From the NCBI GenBank assembly GCA_030141605.1, contig JAQGDQ010000989.1, positions 1 through 64,000 on the forward strand: a DNA stretch of 64,000 nt, in the 5' to 3' direction. The position numbers and the translations under genes are program-made. Source of the DNA: Tubiluchus corallicola (Eukaryota > Animalia > Priapulida). How positions within the stretch are numbered: the stretch's first letter is position 1; each line of letters begins with the position of its first letter. Positions 23,510 through 36,529 of the stretch are shown here, one piece after another. The notes beneath the pieces are model-generated. The model was not told where the DNA came from. It did not search any database and was given only the letters and a program-made list of their open reading frames with translations.

Positions 23510-24065
23510 GAAATTAAACAAACATGCTGGTGTCAATGTTTAATGTTTTTGACCTTGTATATAAAACTTTGTTGGCAAAATATTGAGCTCTGGCCAAATT
23601 GCTGTATTTATATTCTATGTGTGTTTTATAATTTAGCAAGTCCTGGTGGATAATTCCAATGGCTGCCAGAAAAGTAGAAATAAAATCCAAGTTTAAGAGT
23701 AAAACATGTACATCTTGTTATAAAAATGATAGTATTTAATACTACTGGATGAATGCAGAATCTTGAAATGCAATGCAAGCACAGTTATGAAGGGGTGCCC
23801 TGAAAATTTTCCTAGATTTACGTATGCTGTACACGGAAACAGAATAATCGCTTCAACGTCTTTAGGCAACAGAATTATTAATATTTTGCCAATAATATAC
23901 ATATACAATAATTGTCCCAAAACATATGCTTGCAGTATGTTCTGATTAAAAGCATTTACAGGACTACGAAATCAGGCCGTTCAGAAGCAGTGCGATGTTA
24001 CATCCATTCAGAAAAAGCATGAATAATTTAATAATTTTGTAGCAATGATCTAAAGAAAACCATTT

Positions 24066-27000
24066 TCATCCAACGACGACTTTATCATCGCTTAAAAATT
24101 CATAAACTGGAACCTCGAGGTTTAGCGGGGCCGGACCCTTGCGTATTCGACCGCTCGAGTCGTAATGAGATCCGTGGCACGGACAGTAGTACCCGCCGAA
24201 ATCGCCAGCATTTGCTATCGGCACGCAGCCCAGGTGAGTGCATACGCCGATAACAATAAGCCATTCTGGTTGATGAATGCGATCGTTGTCGTGTTGCGGG
24301 TCTCGCAAAGTGCCAAGGTCAACTGCCTGTTCGGTTGCAATCTCCTCTGCAGTTCGATGCCTATAAATAAAGTAAGTGTAATAAGTTGTTAAATTCCACA
24401 TTTCAAAACCGATGGTAAGGTCAGTTTCCGGCCTTAATATGTAGGTGGCAGTACCCATGTTAATTTACCAGTAAAGTTGTAAAGTAGGTCAAGCCTCAGT
24501 AAATGTTTGGATGATTTTTTAAGTAATTATTTATAGTGTCTCATCTGATTTGCTAACATATGACGTTATAGCCGCATGATGCGAGTAATACTAATTTTGT
24601 TTAGGCTTAAAATTGTAATACAGTCAACCTCGAATATAAGGGACACCTCGGGACCGGAATGTTGTGCATATTCAGTAAAACACCTAAAATTATTAAATTT
24701 TTAACTTTCACTGCTGAAAATTATGCTAAAATGTTTAAAAAGTGTAAAATCAGCAATGTTTTATGCGATGCAGAACTTACGGGTCAAAGCCATATTGGCG
24801 TATAGTGCATTTGCTACACCGTCAAGAAAACAATGTCAAACAAACAGGCTTAGGCTCCTGAAGCTTTGCTATAGCTGCTACGTACTAGTAGGAAATACAG
24901 AATGATACACAGTAATATGTGTATGTACGTCAAATAAGCGTATGATAATACAAATAACGGACGTAATATGACATCACGGAGGCAGTTAAAGGGTTAATAA
25001 TCTGCTCTGGCAGTAACGGTGCATGTCTTACTTGATAAAAAGTGGTTTCCCTCTCCATTTCACTGTCAAGTTCTTCCCCTCCGGAATCTCTGCCAACTTT
25101 ATCTCTATCCTGGCCAAGGCCAACACATCAGCTGAAGCGCTCATCGTGCTCACCAGTTTTGTAACCAAATTTTTGCCTCCATAAGCGCTTGCGGTTACGC
25201 CACCTACAAGTAGCAGCACAACTGAATCAACTCAAATAAGCAAAACCCTTTTTTCCTAGGAATGGCAATCAAATTAAGAAAAGTCCCGGAAAATTGGTTT
25301 AACCTTCAGAACAAATTCAACTCATGATGATAACTTTTCTTGTCACGTCTAGCGCTGAGTGTCAGTTAAATGTTTTAGAGCTAAAAAGGCTACCACACTT
25401 ATGTCTTACTGACTGCAGAGGAATTTACATATAATACAAAAAATTCCCTATACGTACGTAACACCAAGCCACTTTGTTTAACAATAAAATTAAACTAACA
25501 ATGAATGAGCGTTTTCACAGTTCCAGCAATTGATGACGATCAAAGGTCAAAGGTTAAGTTTACCAGACAATGCATTTGTGTATGCTTGACAATGCCTCAT
25601 TCTGTTGTCATAGCAATTAAGAAAAGGGACGAATACTAGGTATAGAACCCTAACTATCTCATTTTTCTTGTTCGCAACCAAGTCCCGCTCAGACAAATGC
25701 ATGTGAAAGTTATTTGTGAAGTTGAAATTGAACACTTGTAGTAGAAACAACTAAACACCAGATTACATTTTTGCACAAAACTAAAACACTTTTATTGAAC
25801 TACATAGTTATATGTAACATGACTGCTACACTGAGGAACAGAGTGTCCTGCAGTGATCACGAATAAGTAGACAGTGGCTAGAAGTGGAATCTAGCCAGTT
25901 TATATATGTAAAGAACTATGCAAAAACATGGCTTCACATATCCCATTACAGTAAAATAGGGGAGATACAGAGAGTTTGAATATTCACTGGACTGAACAAT
26001 TGTATTAAGGGGTGAATTGAACTAGTAAATGTTAAAGTGACTAATCAATAGATGGCAGCACCTAAAATATACAGTTACAACTTACAACTTTCACAATGCA
26101 TAATTAAGTAAACTGCACGAAAACAACTGAAGTTACTGAAGTGGGCTCTGCTTTACCCACATGTCACGTGACGGTTGTAGTTAAGATGCGTTTGCGTGGT
26201 ACACTTAACCTTTGACCTACAGCAACTGCGAGTGAGCATGTTAAAGGCTTGTTAAAGTTGAAACAAAACAAGTAAATAAAGAACAATCTCAAACAATGAC
26301 AATGCATTAACCCTTTCACTACGGAAGGCGACACACTGCCACCTATATTTTTCTAGTAAGGGACGGAAGGCGACCCAAGCTCAGCACTAAGTGCAGTCAC
26401 CCAGGTCAGTTTATTTCACTGCTACAGCCATGCAAGAACATTGTAGAAAAGTTTAACAGTCGTGGGATCGGGCTTGCTTTGCAACAAGTAACGCTAACCA
26501 GCCAATTAGCATCTGAAGCCAGGTACATTCCATAATACTGTACTGTATAGTATATTCCCATGCATAATTGCTTGTTGGTAGCTGGTGAAACGTGTTTAGT
26601 CACTTGTTCTGCATTCTTATAAAATAATTGCATATTATGGAATAGTAATATGACTTTTGTGAAAATTGACTTCTAGATATAAGTATGTGCTTATTTGTGT
26701 GGGTGTGCATGTGTGTGCATGCATGAGTGAATGTGTGTGTGTGTGTGCACAGAAGTATAAACAATCTAATATTAAATATTAGCATTTAATAACAAATAGC
26801 TATTTGTTTATTTACAAGATTCTGTTTTAGTAACACACCACAAGAAGTTATTGTCAAATGTGCAAACACTAATGCGGCCCAGTTAAAAAGCAACTACGTA
26901 GTGAAAGGGTTAAATTAAAATTCAACAGAAACCCTGCACCAAAAATAAGTCATCATTTTTCAGAAAAAACTTGTACAAAGACGGACTCATATTTCTACCT

Positions 27001-28456
27001 GCAGCAATCAGATAGGTAAAGGCTCTCCGTGACAAATCTGTCTCTGATGCCGGTTGTGTGGGATCTTTAGTTGAATCACGTCTGTACTCTGCAAAGTCTG
27101 GTACTTTGGCCACGTCTGAATGCGCATAACGAACTTGAACACAACCTTGAAGTATCACAGAAATTGATCAAATAAGTATTGGCAATTATCAGAGCACGGG
27201 TTAAATTGGAGCACAAGAATTTACATGTTTTCAGGTTTACGTTTTTTGAACTTCTGCCATACTTTCTGACTTTCATTATGCCTAAAAACATATGCTACGC
27301 CTGTAAATAAAATAACAGCAAGGGAAAAACAGCAGAAAGTCTAGAAATATAACTTCTTACTGCTAAATATTATACTTGTTAAATAGCCGCTTAGTTGTAA
27401 TGCTGTCTGTTAAATGAGCGATGGTCAAAAGATATTATTTTTGTCTTTGACTGAGAAAGTCATGTAATCTCAAAAATTGTTCTGAAAAAGCAAAATTCCT
27501 AGCAATGACTCTATATTCAAATTGTTCGTTTTGCTCCAAAGTCAAAACTTGATTCTACATTTGCAATATTTTAAAAACTCATCTAAAATGTCCACTATTA
27601 ACATCTTTCTCCAAGGAAGATAAACCTGCTTGCTAACTGCCGTTTGCTGATTGACAATTTGCATTCAATTAGCAATTTTACCGGACATGTTTAAATTAAT
27701 AAAAAACCAACCCGGGAAAAAAAACACGCCTGGGATAAACCAGACCCATGGTAAGCACAGTAATTCAGCGCCACCTACAACAGCAGTTGCGCAAGCTATT
27801 ACACTACAATCATATCTCGGTTTGCGGGACAGAAGCCGGGAGATGTTACTGATGCTAAGCTAATACTATAGGCGCTATGTTTTAGACTCACGGTAATGTA
27901 GAATCAATCACCTAATTGTCTCAAAAACGTCTAATACGGGTCACTCCTATGCAACAGTATATAAAAACTGTTGGCAATTGACTGAAATTACTCCGCATAA
28001 TTGACTCTATATTTTCATACAGACAGACATATACACGTGGTTACACTGAAAAAGTGTATCAGTAACAAAATGACAGCCCGCTAAGTGTCCTAACCTTTTC
28101 GATTTATTGGACCTATACATGCTATTGTTTTGCACATTTACTGTATAGTTTCTAATATATAGTACACTACCACCACTATTAAGTATTTACAGTTTATGTT
28201 TACCAACATTTACTGGTTTTGCTGAAAAGTAAGACTTACCAGACATCAACGAAGAAGCTTTTGGTACGCCCACTGGCAATTTTGAAGCTAAAGTGTAACT
28301 AGTTTTAACAACAGCCGGCTCTACAATTACAGTTTTAGGATTTTCGACAAAATTCACGGCAACGCCAATGCATTTTGCTGGGTTTCCAACTGCATTGGTA
28401 GTAGCGCTCAAATATCCAGCTAATCCAGAACCAGCAGCACGAGATAATCCGAACAT
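24066..28456 (-). CDS. UQCRFS1: Cytochrome b-c1 complex Rieske iron-sulfur subunit, mitochondrial, 4 exons (276 aa)
   Basis: Exons 28456-28240, 27145-26999, 25203-25032, 24360-24066 (831 nt), GT-AG and in phase. Transit peptide, [31 protein letters not shown], Rieske motifs CTHLGC and [18 protein letters not shown]. Confidence 0.97.
26311..26909. mobile_element. piggyBac-type MITE in UQCRFS1 intron 2
   Basis: 13-bp perfect TIR CCCTTTCACTACG with TTAA on both sides. Confidence 0.9.
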
Positions 28457-28856
28457 TTTTACAAAATTAAATCTACATTTGGGTAATTCTTGAATTCAGA
28501 AATTGCTAGAAAATTTCGTTAAATTTCGTTTTACATTAACAGGCGTCCTTCAAGTCTAAAACTGTGTGTCGAAAGTCCGCAGTATCGCATATCTTTTTCT
28601 TGCTTTTTCACAACCAGTAAGAATGTTCGTTTCAACTGCACTTTCTTAATAACCCGCAACGTCACGTGTTTAAAGTCTATGACCACTAGCATTAACCACA
28701 AATTAAATACGAAAATAAATCAAAATCAAATAAAACAAGCACGCTTAGTTAATTAAGCACGCTAATAATCATCATTAAAAAACAAATATCATGTCTCTCA
28801 CCATATACAGACTCCAACACTAGCAACTTATATATATATATATATATATTATATTA

Positions 28857-29183
28857 TTTATATGAATTAACAAAGAAGAGGGAATGGGGTGAAGTCATAC
28901 AAAAGTGTCAACTTAGATGGATTGGACACCTCATCAGGTTATCACAGGATTCTCCAATTACTACAGCATTACAGAAAGCACTAATACCAGGGTAGAAATG
29001 AAATAAGAGAACAGCTGATAAATGATCACATATTTAGATGTTTTAAAGAAAGACGTATTAAATACTGCACTTGACTTAAATGAACCGAATACTTGGCATG
29101 TGGCAGCAGATCAGGGAACGTGGCATCAAATTATGAGTGGTGCTGTGTTACATAACGGAAGCACCGAAGGTGATGACGATGAT
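28857..29183 (+). mobile_element. 5'-truncated RTE-clade LINE 3' end
   Basis: Translates LYELTKKREWGEVIQKCQLRWIGHLIRLSQDSPITTALQKAL, homologous to the C-terminus of the LINE at 48548-49048 (LYEKIKEKHW..LRWIGHMLRL); ends in a (GAT)n-like tail. Confidence 0.75.
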
Positions 29184-30199
29184 GGTTGGTAACTGTAATG
29201 AGCCAAGTTTACCATTTTATTAACCTAGGCAAGAGATAATGGCTTATATGTTTGGATATTGACTATTAGGGGTGAACGTTGGAGTTCGAATCTTTGAACC
29301 GAATTCGATTTGAATGTAAAACTACAGATTCAAATAATTCAGCACATCAACAACACGTGCATTCTTTATCATTAAAAATGTTTGAAGCAGCATGCAATTA
29401 AAGCAATTTAGAACAAATTATTAGTAGTTTTACTCCAGAACAGAGAATGACACCACCCTAGTCCCTAAACAAGTTTCATGAGCCAAGTGAAATCCCTAAT
29501 AAGAGTTGGTATTAACCCCAAAGATGATCGAATAACAATGCCGAAACGTCCTGCCAAACAATTTAATGTTGTCGCACTGTCAAGTGAAGGCCACTTAGTG
29601 TTTTATAGAATATGCAAATAAATGAGTAAATGCGTAATTTGAGTAAATGCGGCTCGAAAATGAGTAATTTGCTACTGTATAAATTATGATAGTTCAAAAA
29701 TAAGTCAAGGCTGCATGCTGACAGAGTCCTGTTAGACAGTTCCTTATTCTCATGGTTTGACTTGATTCGATTATAAGTATTACAATTATGTGGTTTTGCA
29801 TAAAACCTTTATAATTTTCCTTTTTAATAAACTGCAAATTAGATACAAATAGCCGGTTGCCAGAACAAATAATTAATCTGGCTATCGTGTTCCATGGGCG
29901 AAAGACCAATTTCTAATTTCTAGGCATGTTTAGCACCATTTTCCCCATAATAGTGAGTGCTTTGTCTATCTCTAATACTTACCATTATAATTGCACGTCG
30001 TTGTATAATGGTTAATGTTTTATTTACTTATGATGTTTATAATCCAGATAATTTATGCTCTATGAAGAAAAGTAAACTAAAGTAACACTGAAAGTGCCTA
30101 GTTTAATCTAGTTACTGTAGTAAACTGAAGGAGGAACTTTTAATGCCAAAAATTGTGGTAGAGGCCAGCACGAAGTTGCCAACTGCCATAACGCCCAGT

Positions 30200-30810
30200 C
30201 AGGACTGGGTTTTTTGCTAAACAGGTGCCTAGGGCGCCAAATTCTGGAAATGATTCCTTAACTTTAGTATAAGTAATAACACAGTTATTGATGCGTTATC
30301 GAGTTCTCGTCCATGGTTATATTGTATGCATATCGTTTACCTAATAATGGCAGATAAACCTGTAAAAATCAAAGTCTCGAGGAGTGCGCAATACATGAAA
30401 CGAAAAGTAAAAAAGCTCGCGGACATTGAACAGCAGCAAAATTTTAACTGAAGTATTTGCAACCAGACCAGAGTTACATGATTGTGAAGGTGATTATACT
30501 AGTCAAAGGGATGCCTGTGTTTAGAGGAGTTAGAGGAGATATGTGTTTAGAGGAGACACAAAAGTGGGTGTTCTGATGAATAAGCTAAAGGAAAGTCTAG
30601 CCGCAGGTTTGTACAATAAACGAAGACTGCGTGGGAGAAAATATAGAAATGTTAGTTGCCAGTAAAGACACAGGACATACATGCAGTGAGGCTAATTTCA
30701 AATGTAACTGTAGAAAGGTAATTACCTTCAGTTAGTTAGGACACTGTATAGGCCTAAAACACAAATACCAATATACTTGTCTCTGGGGCGTCAAACTATC
30801 TAGAGCCCTG
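30200..30810. mobile_element. hAT-type non-autonomous element
   Basis: CAGG ... CCCTG termini with an 8-bp TSD CGCCCAGT/CGCCTAGT. The paralogous copy starting at 54882 has lost its right end. Confidence 0.65.
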
Positions 30811-30868
30811 CGCCTAGTCGACATTATAGAACATTTACTAAGCAATGCAAAATCAGAATTTTTCTTGT

Positions 30869-30884
30869 GGCCCTGAAGAGGGCC
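30869..30884 (-). promoter_or_regulatory. Orphan histone 3' stem-loop (no histone CDS attached)
   Basis: GGCCCTCTTCAGGGCC on the minus strand, identical to the H4 stem-loop at 55455-55470. The HDE is present but the spacer is shortened by ~12 nt. Confidence 0.85.
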
Positions 30885-31198
30885 GGTTGGTTGTTATTTG
30901 AAACATTAATAACTAAATTTAAAATATATTCACGAAGTACAATGTAAGTAAAGAAATCACGAAATACACAAATATTGAAAAATTAATTTTGGTAAATAAA
31001 ACATTTAAAGGTACTACACAAGATAGTATTTATGCGAAACTAAGTTTTGTAACACAGTTGCAATATATTTTAGTTACATGAATGTGCTGTCATCAAAATA
31101 AATGAGTTATTATGTCACTGTTAGTATGGATACCATTTAAAAAAATATTCAAAAATAGTTATTCATAGGAAATCTGAACAACAAGGTTGTGATAAGTT

Positions 31199-31652
31199 AT
31201 GTTAGCTATATGGTGGGCCTGTTGCTCACCACTGGGCCTAAAACCAGTGTCCGGGGTCACACTAGAATGAAATGTCATTACACTAATAGTTTTTTAACTT
31301 TATTCAACAATCGACTACATTTTATTCAAGTTCCTGTGTTTCCACTGTACACTTTTCCAAGTTACAACTTCCTTAGAATTACTTCCGGTCGTGACGTATT
31401 TCTGAAAAACTCCTTCATCATCTGGCTAAACTGCATTACTATGCCATGGTCGAATACTTCCTTTTCTGGATGACTGGGATAAGAACACGCCCGTTTGCGT
31501 ATTTTCTCTAGAGGAAGTTAAAAAATGTTTGGACTTGCCGGCCATATTCTCGAGTAACGTATTTCTGTTGCTTCTAATGGACAGGACGACCACAACACAA
31601 ACGTTTATACAAAATTTTAGTGTTTAGTAAAGACTTTGTGTTTATCCATGTC
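31199..31652 (+). repeat. Direct repeat shared with 63507-64000
   Basis: High similarity from GTTAGCTAT..GGTGGGCC to AGACTTTGTGTTTATC; the match continues to the window end. Confidence 0.92.
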
Positions 31653-31673
31653 TACTGTTGTTTACTTCCTAAG

Positions 31674-31877
31674 ATGAAATTCTGTTTCTTCTACCGGTTG
31701 GCTCTAACTGTTCTTGTGCTGTGCATTTTGTTGCGAAACCCAACATGCAGTGCTAACAACGGCGATGACGACGACAACGATGATGATGAAGCCACTAGTT
31801 CTATTGATACTACTCCTGAAGCTAGTCGGGAGCCTGCCGTGGACGTTGTACTCGGCCCAGTAATCGTCGGGAACTAA
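31674..31877 (+). CDS. Hypothetical small secreted acidic peptide (67 aa), possibly a truncated Thr-rich protein
   Basis: MKFCFFYRLALTVLVLCILLRNPTCSA looks like a signal peptide and is followed by NNGDDDDNDDDE. GC-richer than its flanks; Thr-rich sequence continues past the stop. No homolog recognised. Confidence 0.35.
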   Translation: MKFCFFYRLALTVLVLCILLRNPTCSANNGDDDDNDDDEATSSIDTTPEASREPAVDVVLGPVIVGN

Positions 31878-33015
31878 TCCATCACGTCTGACGCAAATCA
31901 AACAACGGTAACGGCGTCTACTGCTGTCGGGCACATCTTCGCCTGCACACTACAATAACAAGCACCAACACGCCAACGAACGTTACGACAGCTACACATG
32001 CGATGATTATCCACAACATTCCACTCGTTAAGCCGCCTGGTTGTTCTAGCAAAATAACACAAACTTATAAAGAGCAATTACCTAGAAAACCTTACTAATG
32101 AACCTTTTAATTCCAGATTTTAATTAAGCTGTGTTTTAATACAATTTAACAAGCACATTGTTGCAGAAATTAATTAAGAAGCATTTATAGCGATCTATAG
32201 AATCAACACGGAATTAATTAATATAAACAGTAAAAGCATTTGGCTTTTGCACTCTGCTGATAAAATGCAATGTTTCCTCTGTATGAAAATGCAAATCTTG
32301 CAAAAAATGAGTGACAGCTGAAATCATTACATGTCGTATAACAGCAAAATTCTGCAAGCATAAATTTAACAATCTCGAGGAAATCCAAAGTTAGAAACAT
32401 AACACTTCTGCAAAAAAATTATATTGTAGTGTTGATACAAGTTCACTAAATTTTAACTAACGTAAAACGTTTCGGTTTGGAAGGGTGAACATTCTTAATC
32501 TACTTCAAACATTGGACAAGCAGAATTTTAATACAAAAAATTTGCCTTCAAGACAAGCAGACAAAGCAGTTCTAGTCCAGCGAATAGTACACACTACTAT
32601 GCGAGTGACTTGTCCCACTATTTCCTTTGCCACGCTGTGATTTTGATAACTTTGAGAACATTCTACATGATTTATCTGCAGAATCATGTTCAATAACCAT
32701 ATTTATGAAAATAGTTTCTGGCGCACGTCAAAATTAGTGAACTAGATATCGATACCAAAAAATAAAGAAATAGCATTTTACACTTTTTCAAAAGACACAA
32801 AACATTTTTAGCTGACGTCTAATAAAATTGGTTTGATAAAACTTCTGTTAACATTTATTTGCAATTTTTGCAAAGTTATGAAAATATAAAATAGAATTAT
32901 AAAAAAATAACCACCAGCAACTACATAAAAATGGAGCAGCAGAAAGGGGCATATGAAAGATCATAATTTACCAAATGGAGCAGCAGAAAGGGGCATATGA
33001 AAGATCATATTTTAC

Positions 33016-34211
33016 CCACTAAGTCAGTTAAATAAGTTTCTTGCATAAACCAGTCAGTCGCTGGCCCACTTCCATTCACTGTCATTGCAGAAATCCGTAC
33101 CTGATATTCAGTGTTGTGTAGTAACCCTGAAATATTACCAAAAAACAAAATTATAGACTACAAATGTCAGATATAAAAAATCAATTTAAAATACTACATG
33201 AGCTACAATGTATGTGGCAAAAAATGAGTGGCTTAATTATTAGCAGTATTGATATGTTTACAAAGTGTGTGTGTCTCAGTTTTCTCTGTTAGACCATAAA
33301 TTTTTTCCAAGAAGCAGTTCATTCACAATTTCTAACTTTACAATTAGCTCTGTTTGCAGGGAATGCAAAAATTAACCATTTAACTTATTTTTATAATCAA
33401 TGGCTTTTTGTCACAAAAAATTAAATTAGCTGTCATCACCTTTTAACACATAAAATCTTCTGTTGCCATCAGTTGCAACTGTTGTGCCCTTATGTCCCGT
33501 TCTCTTGTAGCGTATTTTATAACCAGTTATGACTCCATTTCGTGTACCTGCTGGGGGTGGTTCCCATGCTACAACTATACTAGATGAACAGGCAGTTTCC
33601 AATATTACATTTTGAGGTGTATCGCTTGGCTCTGAAATAATCGTCAAAATGTTCTTTTAATCACAGAAAGTTGCTTAGCTGAATAACATTATGGTTAAAT
33701 GTATTTATAAATGTTTGCACTTAAGTGTCGTCATGACAACAGTATTACTTGATAAAAAAAATTATTTTTCAACCAAGTTGCTGCATACATGCTGTTAGCA
33801 TCAAATTACAACAATCCCAAACGAGCTAAAAGGCTGCTTAAGTATACACAGTTTATCTTCAATAGTGGTACAAATCTAAACACATCTTCTGACGTGAGAT
33901 AATAGATAATCACTTACTGTCAGAGAATGTTCGAGCTATGACATCATCGGAACTTAGTCCGATACCATTTTCATTGGAAGACATTATGCGGAAGCTGTAC
34001 TCTGTGTAAGCTTTCATGTCTAGAAACATGTGTTGATTTTCTACTACATCGACAACTTTTTCATTGGATGGACAAAGTCCCACTTCAAAGTATGAGATAC
34101 GATAGCCAGTCACAGGTGTGTTGGTATGACTGGGTGGCTCCCAAGTCAATTCCATAGAATAAGGTGAAGTTGGTTGAGTTTTCACATCTTGAGGTGGTCC
34201 AGGAACATGCA
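33016..34211 (-). CDS. Neogenin/DCC/Frazzled-like FN3 repeats 2-3, copy A (3 exons)
   Basis: Exons 34211-33918, 33631-33440, 33126-33016; phase 1, GT-AG, no stops. [20 protein letters not shown] / [18 protein letters not shown] / [21 protein letters not shown]. Whether this is a gene or a fragment is unresolved. Confidence 0.75.
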
Positions 34212-35334
34212 CTAGAAAATTTAAAATTAAAATAGGTAACTTACACTCTTCAAAAAAAAAACACTGAAGTATGCATCTATGAAGAAATTTACGAAGTTCC
34301 TAAGTTTAACAATTTTCTCAAAGAGAAAGTAACTTACACTCACATACTTTCATTTTTAGGGACTTGTTTCTCTGCGATAACTGATTTGACAAAACTTCAA
34401 GCAACAATTAGAAGACTACAGAAAATAATCTCCTATTTCATAATAGTGAAATAATTCCAAACCACACCTGCGCAACAGAAAGCATAACATATCGCTGTTA
34501 AGTGGCAAATCTACAACTACTTGAAATGAATTTTTGAAAGAAATATCATCTGAAAGATCTCAATTCCATCAAGTCAACAAGTGCCCAAGAAACAGTAAAA
34601 GCATTTGGCTTTTGCACTCTGCTGATAAAACTCAATGTTTCCTCTGTATGAAAATGCAAATCTTGCAAAAAATGAGTGACAGCTGAAATCATTACATGTC
34701 GTATAACAGCAAAATTCCGCAAGCATAAATTAACAATCTCGAGGAAATCCACAGGTAGAAACATAACACTTCTGCAAAAAAATTATATTGTAGTGTTGAT
34801 ACAAGCTCACTAAATTTTAACTCATGTAAAACGTTTCTGTTTGGAAGGGTGAACATTCTTAATCTACTTCAAACATTGGACAAGCAGAATTTTAATACAA
34901 AAAATTTGCCTTCAAGACAAGCAGACAAAGCAGTTCTAGTCCAGCAAATAGTACACACTACTATGCGAGTGACTTGTCCCACTCTTTCCTTTGGCAAGCT
35001 GTGATGTTGATAACTTTGAGAACATTCTACATGATTTATCTGCAGAATCATGTTCAATAACCATATTTATGAAAATAGTTTCTGGCGCACGTCAAAATTA
35101 GTGAACTAGATATCGATACCAAAAAATAAAGAAATAGCATTTTACACTTTTTCAAAAGACACAAAACATTTTTTAGCTGACGTCTATTAAAATTTGTTTG
35201 ATAAATCTTCTGTTAACATTTATTGCAACTTTTACAAATTTATGAAAATGTAAAATAGAATTATGAAAAAATAACCACCAGCAACTGCAAAAAATGGAGC
35301 AGCAGAAAGGGGCATATGAAAGAAAATAATTTAC

Positions 35335-36529
35335 CATCTAAGTCAGTTAAATAAGTTTCTTGCATAAACCAGTCAGTCGCTGGCCCACTTCCATTCACTG
35401 TCATTGCAGAAATCCGTACCTGATATTCAGTGTTGTGTAGTAACCCTGAAATATTACCGAAAAACAAAATTATAGACTACAAATGTCAGATATAAAAAAT
35501 CAATTTAAAATACTATATGAGCTACAAAGTATGTGGCGAAAAATGAGTGGCTTAATTATTAATAGTATTGATATGTTTACAAAACGTGTGTGTCTTAGTT
35601 TTCTCTGTTAGACCATAAAATTTTTCCAAGAAGCAGTTCATTCACAATTTCTAACTTTACAATTAGCTCTGTTTGCAGGGAATGCAAAAATTAACCATTT
35701 AACTTATTTTTATAATCAATGGCTTTTTGTCACAAAAAATTAAATTAGCTGTCATCACCTTCTAACACATAAATTCTCTTGTTGCCATCAGTTGTAACTG
35801 TTGTGCCCTCATGTCCCATTCTCTTGTAGCGTATTTTATAACCAGTTATGACTCCATTTCGTGTACCTGCTGGGGGTGGTTCCCATGCTACAACTATACT
35901 AGATGAAGAGGCAGATTCCAATGTTACATTTTGAGGTGTATCGCTTGGCTCTGAAATAAGCGTCAAAATTTTCTTCTAATCACAGAACGAAGCTTAGCTG
36001 AAAAACATTATGGTTAAATGTATTTATAAATGTTTGCATTTAAGTGTCGTCATGACAACAGTATTACTTGATAAAAAAATTATTTTTCAACCAAGTTGCT
36101 GCATACATGCTGTTAGCATCAAATTACAACAATCCCAAACGAGCTAAAAGGCTGCTTAAGTATACACTGTTTATCTTCAATAGTGGTACAAATCTAAACA
36201 CATTCTCTGACGTGATATAATAGATAATCACTTACTGTCAGAGTATGTTCGAGCTATGACAGCATCGGAACTTAGTCCGATACCATTTTCATTGGAAGAC
36301 ATTATGCGGAAGATGTACTCTGTGTAAGCTTTCATGTCTAGAAACATGTGTTGATTTTCTACTACGTCGACAACTTTTTCATTGGATGAACCAAGTGCCA
36401 CTTCAAAGTATGAGATACGATAGCCAGTCACAGGTGTGTTGGTATGACTGGGTGGCTCCCAAGTCAATTCCATAGAATAAGGTGAAGTTGGTTGAGTTTT
36501 CACATCGTGAGGTGGTCCAGGAACATGCA
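35335..36529 (-). CDS. Neogenin/DCC/Frazzled-like FN3 repeats 2-3, copy B (3 exons)
   Basis: Exons 36529-36236, 35950-35759, 35445-35335; phase 1, GT-AG, no stops. Ends [17 protein letters not shown], like neogenin FN3 GPATDW..AETFESDLDE. Confidence 0.78.

Larger units (their letters stand above)
29172..30903 (+). repeat. Diverged direct copy of the H4 downstream flank (54352-55489)
   Basis: Colinear similarity from GACGATGATGGTTGGT to GGTTGTTATTTGAAA, with indels and a ~500-bp copy-specific insertion. Confidence 0.9.

Noticed and set aside
29515-29552. Hammerhead-like AAGATGA..CCGAAACG (Penelope-type)
   Set aside because: The CUGA core is absent and no stem II pairing is evident.
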